Shown here one piece after another: positions 38,301-50,193 of a DNA stretch of 64,000 nucleotides. How positions within the stretch are numbered: the first letter of the stretch is position 1; each line of letters begins with the position of its first letter. The notes below the pieces were generated by a model, which made no database searches, was not told where the DNA came from, and was given only the letters and a program-made list of their open reading frames with translations. Position numbers and translations under genes: made by a program. Location: positions 16,798,587-16,862,586 of the forward strand of contig CM120648.1 of assembly GCA_051362555.1 (NCBI GenBank), written 5' to 3'. Origin of the DNA: Lingula anatina. Lineage: Eukaryota > Animalia > Brachiopoda.

Positions 38301-38713
38301 CACCTAAATGTTGGTGGCACAATAACTTGATGGTGGTTACGTAAAGGAAGAACACAAACAGGTTGTAGGGGTTCTAGATCTACTGTAAGACAAGTCAACA
38401 TTGAAGTCCCCTAACAGCATTGATGGTTTCATGGGCCACTGGATTTTGCTTAAAATTTGTCATCTTCCTGTTAAAAGTTAGGGGTCTCATTTGATGCTGA
38501 ACGTTAAATATTAATGTTTGCCTCACTAGATTTTCAGTAGGCTTGTTCAAAATCAGTAAATATACACTGTCACTTTATTTGTCTGATGTCAATATATGTG
38601 GTAAAACACCATTCGTTCTTAGTCCACGGTGACCCAAATAGCATAAAAATCTTGACACATACTGTTAAATCCTGTACACACATAGTTTTAATGTTTTCCA
38701 ATAGGGTTTTCAC

Positions 38714-39113
38714 CTGTTGCAGGTGTTGGGGGAGCTGCTATTCCTATTGCTAACGGCTCTTCACAAGAAGGTCGGCCACTTCCATGTTTCTGTAATTCAT
38801 CCTCTACATCCTGGTAGCTGACTTCTAGTTCATCTGCCAGATACCAGAGACCAGAATCCCTGAATGCAGCTTTAAGATGTTTAATTGGGTCTTTTTTAGG
38901 ACTGATTGCAAGGAGTGCTTTCAACAAACCTCTACAAGCATCTTGTGGATTTCTCTTTACATCATTTTTAAGTTTTGTTGTCTCCTCATCTGGTATTACA
39001 TTAAACTGATACAGGTAATCTAAAATTCTTTCCATATAAATGGAAAGTTCTGCAGCAAAGTCAACCACTTTCTCTCTCAGTTTGTTGTACTCCATTTCAC
39101 TCAGAAGTCCTTC
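38714..39113 (-). CDS. Gene R exon, CARD-like death-fold domain
   Basis: KLREKVVDFAAELSIYMERILDYLYQFNVIPDEE...CRGLLKALL...HLKAAFRDSGLWYLADEL fits the CARD helix pattern; ctag|GAA acceptor, phase 0; either donor G|gtgaaa to a stop exon at 38467 (G-R-stop) or read-through to the stop at 38688. Confidence 0.8.
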
Positions 39114-39447
39114 CTAGAAGAGAAATATAATAAGCCACATTTACAACTTCTACTCCTTCAAACCATGATGTTGTGTAAATGACTTTCAAATGACAATACA
39201 CTTAGTAATACTGGTAACCCCAAACAGCCAACCCATTGTCTCATACATTTAGTTCTAATTCTTACTCTTCCACTTGGAATACGAAGAAATGAAAAACTTT
39301 GTTGAATTAAAATTAAGATACTACAGAGAAAGAATACGTTTGAAATGTGGAAAAAATGGTTTTGGTGTCAAAACATACTTTGTCATTTAAAAACTTAAAA
39401 GACTGGTTACTTTATTTGACTATATTTTAGACCACAGTATCAATTAC

Positions 39448-40371
39448 CTTGACTTCATCAATCAAATCTTGTGGAATGTCTTGCAGTCCTACTCTGTGGC
39501 GTTCCTTTAACTTTAACAACACACTGATGAAAGATGCAATGGAACCCTTGACTTGAGACAACAGAGAAGCCACAGCATCGGGAGGACATGGGGTTTCATC
39601 TGAAATGCCACACATCTTCATCACTTGGCCCCATACACCATCTTGAGAAAGTGTCTCATTTAATCGTTTTTTCACACTTGGAGGGATATGTTTATGAAAT
39701 GAGGCTGTCACATCGTTCTCTTTCATGTGTGTCATTGATTCCTTTCCTGAGTAATTGTGGTAAACATTGAATGTAATATGCATGTTACCTGCATTAGCGG
39801 TGATATGTCTTAAAACCCCAGCAATCTCATGAGGCACTGCTGTAGGTAACCTTTCTAGCTGGTTATCCCCATGGGCCTGATTAAGAACTGTATTTCCCGT
39901 TCTTGTGATAGTCTGAGGGTTACTAACACCCTGGTCTTGATCCCCAGCAGCCACAGGGTCCTGTTGTGGAGATAAAGGTGGGAAGTCATGGCCTGATTGC
40001 CTACTTGTTTGAAAGTGGACGCCACCTTGTTCCTCCAGGTGGTGGTCAGTCATTGGCCCCTGATGTAGTCTGCTTTCCTGTCCTTCTTGGCGTTGATTTG
40101 GTCCTGTTGACTCACCAGGTAGTGTCTGAGATTGGAAATTGCCTTGTTGCAACAACTGGCTGCCAATGTTGGATTGAATCCTAAGTTGATTCTGTTGGTA
40201 TGGCTCTTGCTGGTAATACTGCTGGTTTGGTCTCAACTGAAAGTGGTTGCCACCATGCCTCTGCAGTTCCACACCTGGCAATGGGTGTGAACTCCTTTGT
40301 GGAGCAGATCTTTCACTTTTTGCACCACCAGAATGGCTACCAAGATTGTATAAGTCCATAGGGGGGGCAAC
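39448..40371 (-). CDS. Gene R exon, Q/N-rich low-complexity region followed by a death-domain-like region
   Basis: ttttcag|GTT acceptor and AAG|gtaatt donor, 924 nt open; C-terminal IPPSVKKRLNETLSQDGVWGQVMKMCGI...AVASLLSQ...SIASFISVL resembles a death domain. Confidence 0.72.
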
Positions 40372-40764
40372 CTGAAAAATATAACAAGAAGTAAACATTA
40401 CATAAGTGGCCTAGCAACAGTAATTCTTTTTAACTAAATACCTCAAGGTTATAAAGGAGGTGTCCAACTATTCTGGTTCTATTTATCAACACTGCACTTG
40501 TATAATCATTATTTTTGAAGACTACTATTTGGTTGAGAGGCAGTCACCAGAGGTCAATAATTGTAGTGATTTTACCTCACTTTACACCTTGGATCTCCAC
40601 TGCCACTGTATGAGCTAATGTCATTGATAAGTTCTTAATGTGTCTTAATTCAATTATATTTTAAGGATGAGTGCAGATAAGGAAAAAGTACCCACCTTTG
40701 TACATGAAAAATAAATTGTGAATGACTGAAAAAAAATTGATGACAAACTTAAGTTAGGGTCTTT

Positions 40765-42022
40765 GGGACCGTTCACATGAAAAATCTATTTTCTAAAAAT
40801 CTAAAACTCTTTTGGCAGTATCTTGTGATCACGGTCTGTGCCATGAATACCCCGCGGCATAATTACTGGCAGCGTGAGCGAGTTAAGCTTCCAAGGCTGT
40901 AATTAATTAACGGCTGTGCTCAGAGGAGATTCATGTGCAGCAGAAAGTTAGAAAGAAAGTAAATGGCGGTTGCTTTGAAAAATGTTTGTCGATTTTGTGC
41001 AACAACAAGTCAAAGAAGATGAGGTCCACATACACACGACAGATATTTTGTAAGATTAAGAAAGTTAAAATGAAAAATGTTCTTCAGATATTTTTCTTTT
41101 TAGGCCTACTCTTCTCATTTTATTTAAACTCCAGCAATTCAAATTGACCATTTCAGAGACACCTTGCATAACATGACAAATGTCAGAGATGGTGGAGCTT
41201 ATGTAGTTCCACCATTTCCCTTCATCACAGTATCTAAACCATAGTTAAAATGCATAATTTGTGCCACAAGTTACCAGAAGGGTAAAATCTCTGCCCCATG
41301 TTGCTAAGTTGGATATCTTCACCAAGAAAGGTATACTTATCCCTGAAGGTACACAATGTCAACCACCTGCTGCCTGTTAGAAAGCTGAAACAAAGGTTGA
41401 CTCCTCAGCTGCCTAATAAGAATGTAGATCCAAGCCTGAAGGATATTAGTGTCATTCCAAGCACAATGAGAAAGGTCTTAGCACATGCACCAACTCCACA
41501 AGGCCTAAATTTTCATGATCCTTCTGCCTTCACTGATGACCAGTACATGTCAGTGACTGGAATTGACAAGAAGCAATTTTGGGAACTAGTTTCCACAGTT
41601 TCCCATAGCATGAGAACAATGTTCAAAGCAAACTGCTGTTGGTATGTTACTAACAAAGCTGAGGACTGGACTATCATATTGCTTGTTATCCACATTATTC
41701 TGTGGCAAAAAGAGCACCATCAGACATGGTGTCCATGCTGCAAGAGAGACTCTCATGAAAGATCTTGTTCCAAAGAATCTTGGCTTTGAGGGCCTGGCAC
41801 GTGAGGATGTGAAAGCCAATCACACCACGGACACAGCCAGAACCTTCTTTTCCACTGGGGAAGATTGTAGTATTCTTGTGCTTGATGGTACATATGTTTA
41901 CATAAAGAAGTTCTCTAAATATACCTTGCAGCGTGCTGGACGTACATTGTCCACATGGGAAGACCACTGGTGAAACCCATGATGGTTGTAACATCAACTG
42001 GCTATATAGTTGCAGTCATAGG
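40765..42022 (+). mobile_element. Truncated PIF/Harbinger-ISL2EU-type transposon with transposase pseudogene
   Basis: Left end resembles the MITE arm at 23167. Frameshifted ORFs give TGIDKKQF, LLTKLRTGLSYCLLSTLF (HTH) and ILVLDGTYVYIKK...RPLVKPMMVVTSTGYIVAV (DDE_Tnp_4-like). Confidence 0.8.
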
Positions 42023-43042
42023 AGCACACAAACAATACGTGGTGCCTCGATATAAAACCAGACGACTTTTGTGTTTTTAATCTCCAAATACTAAAAAAAA
42101 AATCAATTAAGCTAATTAATAGGCCAAGAACAAGAACTTTTTATATAGTATATTTTATATTAATTATTATTGAAGATAATAATAATAAACGAGTCGCCTT
42201 TGATGTACGCTCTGCTATAACCTTTATTAAAAAATATCAATTTTTATGAGATTACAAATTGTATTGTATTTGGTTCCATTGCTAATTTGCCTTGCTTTCA
42301 AAAATTAGAACAGGCGCTCCAAAATCTTAAGAAGATGTTAAACATTTTATATTGACCAAACTCGCCCCAGGTTTAGAATATCCTCACAGCATTATCTACA
42401 ATTAACCTTCCTGTAATTTTAAATGCATTTTGCAATGTTATTTTCAATATGCCCCATGGAACATTTTATTTAGAGAGTAGGGGAGGGGTGAAAAATCCCC
42501 ATTGGGGCCACATATAACACCATATATACAATGGGAATCCCCTTGTAATGAAGCTAAAATAAATGTTATTCTAAGGAAGTCCGATGGATTTACTTTTTAA
42601 AACATAAAATCAATAGAAAATTTCTAAAATAAAATTTCAAAAAGACACCAGAGAGCAAAGTACTTCCTATTCAAGTTCTATAGTAACTATGGACCTATCT
42701 CTGCCAGTTTTGGAGATAAAAGGGAACGAAAATTTGCAAAGTTCAGTTCATGGTGAAAAAGTAGGTCAAAGGTTTATGTTAAGGTACAGTAAAATTGCCT
42801 CTCATGACTTCCTATTCAAATTCAATAGTAACTATGGCCGTATCTTTGCCAGTTTTGAAGTTATAAGTTCTGGACTTAAATGTTGTAAAGGTCAGTTCAT
42901 GGTGAAAAGTAGGTTAAAGGTCAATTTCAAGGTCAAAGCTAAATTGCCAGTACTCTATGACTTCCTATTCAAGTTCAATAGTAACTATGAACCTATCTTT
43001 GCCAGTTTTGGAGATATAAGGGACTAAATGGTATAATTTCAA

Positions 43043-45529
43043 CTAGAGGATCAGAGAGGCGATACCGCCTCCGAATATTGTACCACCAGCTGGAGCAAGC
43101 GCATTTGTATAGACCCCCACATACACAAAATAAGGGACACAGCCACCAGTCTTTTGCTTGACAAGCTGTAAAAATGCAATCAACAAGAATTTTCAAAATA
43201 TGCAAAAAATATATATATAACTTAAAATGGTACAATCAAAGTTAAGTTCATCAAAAGGTAGGTCAAAGGTCAATTTTAAGGTCACATTTAGATTGCCAGT
43301 ATATGACTTCCTACTCAACTTCAATAGTAACTATAGACCTATCTCTGCCAGTTTTGGAGATAAAAGGGAAGCAAAATTTACAAAATTCAGTTCATGGTGA
43401 AAAGTAGGTCAAAGGTCAATTTTAAGGTCACATCATTAAAATTGCCAGTATATGGCTTCCTATTCAACTTCAATAGTAACTATGGACCTATCTCTGCCAG
43501 TTTTGGAGATAAAAGGGAAGCAAAATTTGCAAAGTTCAGTACATGGTAAAAAGTAGGTCAAAGGTCAATTTTAAGGTCACATTAAGATTACCAGTATATG
43601 ACTTCCTATTCAACTTCAATAGTAACTTTGGACCTATCTCTGCCAGTTTGGGAGATAAAAGGGAAGCAAAATTTGCAAAGTTCAGTTCATGGTGAAAAAA
43701 AGGTCAAAGGTCAATTTCAAGGTCACATTTAGATTGCCAGTGTATGACTTCCTATTCAAGTTCAATAGTAACTATGGACCTATCTCTGCAAAGTTTTGGA
43801 GATAAAAGGGCAGCAAAATTTGCAAAGTTCAGTTCATGATGAAAAATGGGTCAAAGGTCAATTTCAAGGTCACATATAGATTGCCAGTGTATGACTTCCT
43901 ATTCAAGTTCAATAGTAACTATGGACCTATCTTGGCCAGTTTTGGAGATAAAAGGGAAGCAAAATTTGCAAAGTTCAGTTCATGGTGAAAAGTACGTCAA
44001 AGGTCAATTTCACGGTCACATTCAGATTGCCAGTGTATGACTTCCTACTCAAGTTCAATAGTAACTATGGACCTATCTCTGCCAGTTTTGGAGATAAAAG
44101 GGCAGCAAAATTTGCAAATTTCAGTTCATGGTGAAAAGTAGGTCAATGGTCTATTTCAAGGTCACATTTAGATTGCCAGTGTATGACTTCCTATTCAAGT
44201 TCAATAGTAACTATGGACCTATCTCTGCCAGATTTGGAGATAAAAAGGGCAGCAAAATTTGCGAAGTTCAGTTCATGGTGAAAAGTACGTCAAAGGTCAA
44301 TTTCAAGGTCACATTTAGATTGCCAGTATATGACTTCCCATTCAAGTTCAATAGTAACTATGGACCTATCTTTGCCAGTTTTGGAGATAAAAGGGAAACA
44401 AAATTTGCAAAGGTTAGTTCATGGTGAAAAGTAGGTCAAAGGTCAATTTCAAGGTCACATTTAGATTGCCAGTATATTACTTCCCATTCAACTTCAATAG
44501 TAACTATGGACCTATCTCTGCCAGTTTTGGAGATAAAAGGGAAGCAAAATATGCAAAGTTTAGTTCATAGTGAAAAGTAGTCAGGCGGCTCAGTCCAAAT
44601 TTTATCCAGAATTGTGCAAAAGATGATAAAAGCATGAAATTTTCCACGATGAATGACCATTGGGTGTTTGTCAACCCCCCGATCCAAAATAGATGAACAC
44701 CCAATGGTCATTCATCGTGGAAAGTTTCATGCTTTTATCATCTATTGCACAATTCTGGATAAAATTTGGACTGAGCCACCTGACTATACCGTACTGCACA
44801 TTTTGCTTTCACCACCAATATGTACTTTTTGATAGCGTAACTCGAAAACCGTTTGGAATACAAAAAAACGGAGACCACTTGCAGTGTTGGGCTTTACATG
44901 CTCTACAAAATGCAAAAAAGAATGGGTCTCTAGCATTAACGGTTCCCGAATTAGAGACAGTTTTCAGTTTCGGCATCTTATGGCCGCTACTCCCGTGAAA
45001 ATGCACCGATTGACCCCAAATTCACGGAGATGAAAGATGACCTGAAGGGTAACACTTTCCAATAATATTATTGGTTAAGTCTGTGTGATATCTGAATTAC
45101 AGGGCAAAAAAATTTTTTTTCGTAAAAAATATTTTTTTGAAAATTTTGGCCCGTTTGACCTTGAAGTAAAGGTCAAAGGTCAAATCCAAGGGCATATTTG
45201 AAATCTACACATATGACTTTTGGAAAGCCGTCTGTAGAAATTTTTCCCATAACTCCTTCCGTAGGGTAGATAATTAGCATTAAATTTTGCCATTTTTGGA
45301 CAAGGGTGCATTGCAATGAGTGCCACACCCAGACCCCAATACGGACAAAGCCCAAATTTTACGTGGAACGAGTTGAGATTATAGGTGACCTAAATCCAAG
45401 AGATGGGTACAGGGGCCCTTACCATCTAGGAGGAGAAGCGGTAACGGTAGCCGTCCGGCGGAGCTGGCGGAATGATCTGGACGGGACCGAAACCATGTGT
45501 ACCGCCAGCGCTAACGCTGGTGGTACAAT
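43043..45529 (-). mobile_element. Inner HINE copy with about 9 monomers of ~146 bp
   Basis: Same termini as 25446-27342, with hairpin GAGGCGATACCGCCTC beside CTAG; array spans 43260-44577. Confidence 0.85.
44578..44786. mobile_element. Fold-back MITE with TAGTC...GACTA termini (Academ-like)
   Basis: About 90-bp near-perfect inverted arms; no TSD, and host sequence is deleted on one side relative to 25446-27342. Confidence 0.8.
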
Positions 45530-47487
45530 AATGTGCCATACATTTCCTACAAAAGAAATTAATTGAAATAAAGAAAAGGTCATTTTGGTTGAAATTCTTG
45601 AAATGGGAGGTGCTTAGAAGTTCCAGATGTTCAAATTTCATGAAATAATGTCATTTTTGAACAGAAGTTGTCTGCCTCGCCAAGCCTTATATTTTATTTT
45701 CGAGAGGTTCAAAATTTATTACACATTACCGTATTGCATATTTTGCTTCCGCCACCACAATGTACTTTTTGATACAGCATAACTCGTAAACCGTATGGAA
45801 ATTTAAAAAATAATAAAAAAAAGAAAAAAAAAAGGGAGACCACTTGCAGTGTTGGGCTTTACATGCTCTACAAAATGCAAAAAAGAACAGGCCTCTAGCA
45901 TTAACGGTTCCTGAATTAGAGGCAGTTTTCAGTTTTGGTATCTAATGGCCGCTACATCTTAGATGACCCCAAACTCACAGAGGTGAAAGATGACCTTAAG
46001 GGTAACACCTGCCAATAATATTATAGCCCTTAGCAAAATTTAAGGCTTCTTGCAAACAGTTGCTGCAAATTTGCAACAAATTTGCAAGAGGGAATTTACC
46101 ATGTAAATTAAGTCTCTTGCAAATTTGCTGCAAACTCCCCACAAACTTAATCAGCATGACAAAAGGGAATCTGTCACAGGTTTCTTGCAAATTTGCTGCA
46201 AACTCTCAAGAACCATTCATGCGAATTTGCTGCAAACTCTCCACTACAGTTCTTGCGAATTTGCTGCAAACTCTCCAGAACTGTTCTTGCGAATTTTCTG
46301 CAAATTCACTAGAAGTTCTTGCAAATTTGCTGCAAACCCTCCAGAACTGTTCTTGCGAACGCTCTGCAAACTCTTAAGAAATCCTTCTTGCAAATTTGCT
46401 GCAAACTCTCCAGAACTGTTCTCGCGAATTTTTCCGGAAACCCCCCCCCCCCAAAAAAAAAAAAAAAAAAAAACAAATCGAAAAAACATTCTTCTGCAGT
46501 ACCACTATTGCAGTAGACTGACAACTAATATTTAACCCAGTGATTATGCTTTATTTATGCCAGTTCTTTTTTTTAATTAAATCATGTATGCCATATTTGA
46601 AATCATTGAGTAGCAAAATTTTATTACTGTATTTTAGCCATATAGTACAGCTGGCAGAACACATACAGAAAATTATAAAATGAATGAAAAAATAGCACAC
46701 ACAGAATATCAGTAAGAAACACCATAAACATTTTTCAATATTTTATTTTAGAAACTTGCACATTTAAATCAAATTAAATCAACATTTGGTAAAAATTGTT
46801 CAGATGTCTCTGATATAATGATACAACATGAATCTGCTTATGCATTTTATTCATTGGAAAGAACAGTAACCAAGCTATAAAGGATGCTTTAATTTTTAAG
46901 AGGGTTCAACAACTTTATTTACATCCAAGTTTAAAGAAGTCCGAGTTTAATTATCGAGTCCTTAGTAATATGTCTTAATTCTGTTAACTGGCTTCAATAT
47001 CTCAATCCTGTTAATGATTCACTGTAATGTATTTTGTGTGTATAAGTATATAAGGAGTAGAACTTAGTATAAGAGCTCAGAGTGAGTTTGATCAGTTGAA
47101 CCGATAGCTAGATAGTCCCTGCTGTCCTAGGAGACTCCAAATCTGTCAGCCAGAGAAATAAACGTAGAGATCAGGCAGGTTGTAGTTGATCTCTGGAAAA
47201 ACATATCACCGCTGTTGTTTCACCCGCTAGAGAAGTTGGACCAAATGTCGACTGGGATACAAGCACCATATCACATCTGAAAGACAAGAAAAATAAAACT
47301 TGACATTTCTTGTAAAATTTGTTGCACTCACAGGTAGTTTGTCAAGTAAGCTTCTAGTAGATTCCCTTAATAAATACACCTATATATATATATATATACA
47401 TATATATGATTTATGTTGTTAAGTAAAACAAAAATAAATTTAGCAGGCATGGTATAATCTAATCACAGTTAAATATACTTTTCCTAC

Positions 47488-48831
47488 CTTTTTTAAGGCC
47501 CTCTTTGCAGTGTGAATTTTTGCACTCATAGTGTGCTTAATTGCTGGCCCATCCATTTTCAAGTTGTTAATAACATACACTGAAAGAAAGAGAATTTAAA
47601 CAATAAATAAAGAAAGCATGACTTCATTTAAAAAACTTAATGAGACAGATGGGTGGGGATGGATATGGAGGGCACAGGGTATGCGTGTGGGGAGATATAG
47701 AGGGCACAGGGTTGGATATGGTATGGGTGTGGGGAGATATGGAGGGCACAGGGTTGGAGATGGTAAGGGTGTGGGGAGAGATATAGAGGGCACAGAGTTG
47801 GAGATGGTGGGAGTAAGACGGGGAACAGATGATGCACGAGGCACTGAAACACTTTCTTCAACTGCTGCATTACAAGCTGGCTCTGATTTTTTTCCTTGAA
47901 TAACATAGGGAAAGCTTTATTAAATTTGAATTTAAGTGTGTAAAATGTACTTATTATTTAAAAGAGGAAATTACAATTTTTTCACCATTTAGTGGAAAAT
48001 ATATGCAACAGCAATTGCAGGTCAATTAACAATATACTTACACTACTACCATTGCTCTGGTTGTCCTTTTTATCTAAAAAAGTTAAAACATAAAATGTTA
48101 TTCTACCAAAAAAGTGATGCATTAAGAATATATATTGATATATATGAACAGTTCATCATAGGTTGCATGGTTGTTTGAACTAAAACAAAAAGTGGGGTTC
48201 CTGTTATTCAGAAGCAAGGCAACACTGAAACATTTTGGATTCTGTGTTACTATATAAAAAAAAACCAACAATAATTATGGAATTATCAGACATATTAGTT
48301 TCACAAAGGAGAGGTAAGTCAGTATGAGGGTGATACACTTAAATTCTTAGATTTGTTCAGAAGTCTTTGACACTCACTAAAAATACATTTGCTCACCTTC
48401 TTTTCCTTCTGACATGCATTTCTGTAATCTAAAATAAAAGGAGAATAGCTTTCAAAGCATTCTTTTAAAACACATGTATTTGCACTTTGATACTTCTCCT
48501 TTCTGTGGAAATGACCAAAACTGACTTTTAAAACCATCAAGACTATTAAAACTATAAATTTTTCCTGTGACAGATATGATTGAATGTGCAAGTTTTTTTT
48601 TTTTTTTTTTCAAGATTAAAAGTAATTTCAAGGGGTTAAGTTTAAAGGTGCATATAAAGTAAATTTTGGCCATGCACATAAGCCAACAAAATGCCAGCAT
48701 ATAGTTTCAAGTAGTATAACTTAGAGGATTACCAAAAGGCATAGTTTAATTAACCCCCCCCAAAAAAAAAAAAAAGAAAAAAAATATTTGAACAGATTTT
48801 TCTGCTAGCACTCTATGCTGTATATCAATGG

Positions 48832-48870
<39 letters not shown>

Positions 48871-49338
48871 AATAAAAATAATAATAATAATAGGTCATAA
48901 AAATAGGCTAAATTTCTGGCCAAAAATTTAAAGAAAGGAGCAGTCTAAAGCTCTTTAATGACCAATCTGGTGACTTATTCAGTTTACCCCTTGTCATGTT
49001 AAATTTATTTGAGTAATTAGGAAATTTGAAGAAGTAGTTTATATGTGTTACTGGAAATCCATGTTACAGCGATGCTCTGTTAATATGTACCTTAAGTGCT
49101 GTATGAACCCTTCTGCCCTTTGAATTTATTTCACCTAAGCAAACTATACTAATTGAGAATACACTTACCACTAAATGTAAATCACTTTTGCCAAATACAT
49201 GCAACCATCCCAAGGAGCCATGAGTGTCTCTCCAACAGTAGGGACTTCCCCTTCTTACTCTTCCTCCCTCTCAAACTTCGAAACGTCTTCCACTGATACA
49301 ACTCCATTCTTGTCAAAACCAATAGTAATCCACGTCTC
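47488..49338 (-). pseudogene. Decayed spliced accessory gene of the EnSpm-like element (BEN-domain type)
   Basis: Exon-like pieces: ETWITIGF..PTVGETLMAPWDGCMYLAKVIYI (49169-49338, with stops), DYRNACQKEKK (about 48397-48428), a P/T/S-rich tract (47640-47890) and YVINNLKMDGPAIKHTMSAKIHTAKRALKK (47488-47579), which resembles the last BEN helix. Confidence 0.45.
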
Positions 49339-49378
49339 TATAATTTAAAAAGAATATAGTTACACACTTATTCCACCG

Positions 49379-49382
<4 letters not shown>

Positions 49383-49423
<41 letters not shown>

Positions 49424-49497
49424 AGAAGAGAGAGAGAGAGAGGAAAAAAAGAAGAGAGAGAGAGAGAGGAAAATAAGAAGAGAAAGAGAGAGAGAGA
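49383..49497. repeat. Interrupted (GA)n microsatellite
   Basis: GA runs separated by A-tracts. Confidence 0.95.
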
Positions 49498-50160
49498 ACG
49501 AGATGGCCTTCCCAACAAGTACCATACTAGCGCCCCATACTAGAACTGTATTTAGAATCGGTTTACTTTCTACCTTCTACTCGCAGGCATGATGAGAATT
49601 CTCTGAGTGTAGTAAAATCCTATCTTGAATCAAACGTTCTGATTAATCTTAGCACTCACCTGGCTTTGCAATCAACGCATCATAATTTCTAACTGGTTAC
49701 ACCAACTTAAAATCAGCTGCCGGTAAATCTCAAACCGTCTTCTTCTTCAAAATTTCCCGTGATGCATCAGATCGCGCATCAACCTATCACGATTAATCGT
49801 TTTCATGACCGTTTCCGGTTGTCAGATAATCGCTGTTCATGAGAGCTCCCCTACATGTGGACCATGAATATGATCTATCGATTAGAAAAGGTAGATTCTG
49901 CCAACACCACTACAGATCTGCTCCTGCATCCAGACCAACTAATGTTTACTGGGGTGGAATTGTTGAAAAGTCGTCAAGGCTGCGCGTGTCTTTATTTCGC
50001 GGAAGATGAATCCCAGCAACACTAGCAAACCATGCAGTGAAAGGTACGTAGCAGCTTATCTAGCAAGATAGTTATCAGATGATTGAAAATTATCATCTCA
50101 ATATTTGAGTGGGTGTCAACAGAGACTTGAATGTAGGAGGTCTCTCAGGTGTCTCTTCAG

Positions 50161-50193
<33 letters not shown>

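Noticed and set aside
17098-38714. A single giant gene splicing the CARD exon onto gene L's NHL exon
   Set aside because: The candidate acceptor near 17148 is out of frame with NHL for a phase-1 donor, and the NHL frame has stops just upstream of 17097.
42689-46535. Many short ORFs in the HINE arrays and EnSpm subterminal repeats (also 58595-60316)
   Set aside because: Translations of non-coding repeats with no protein motifs.
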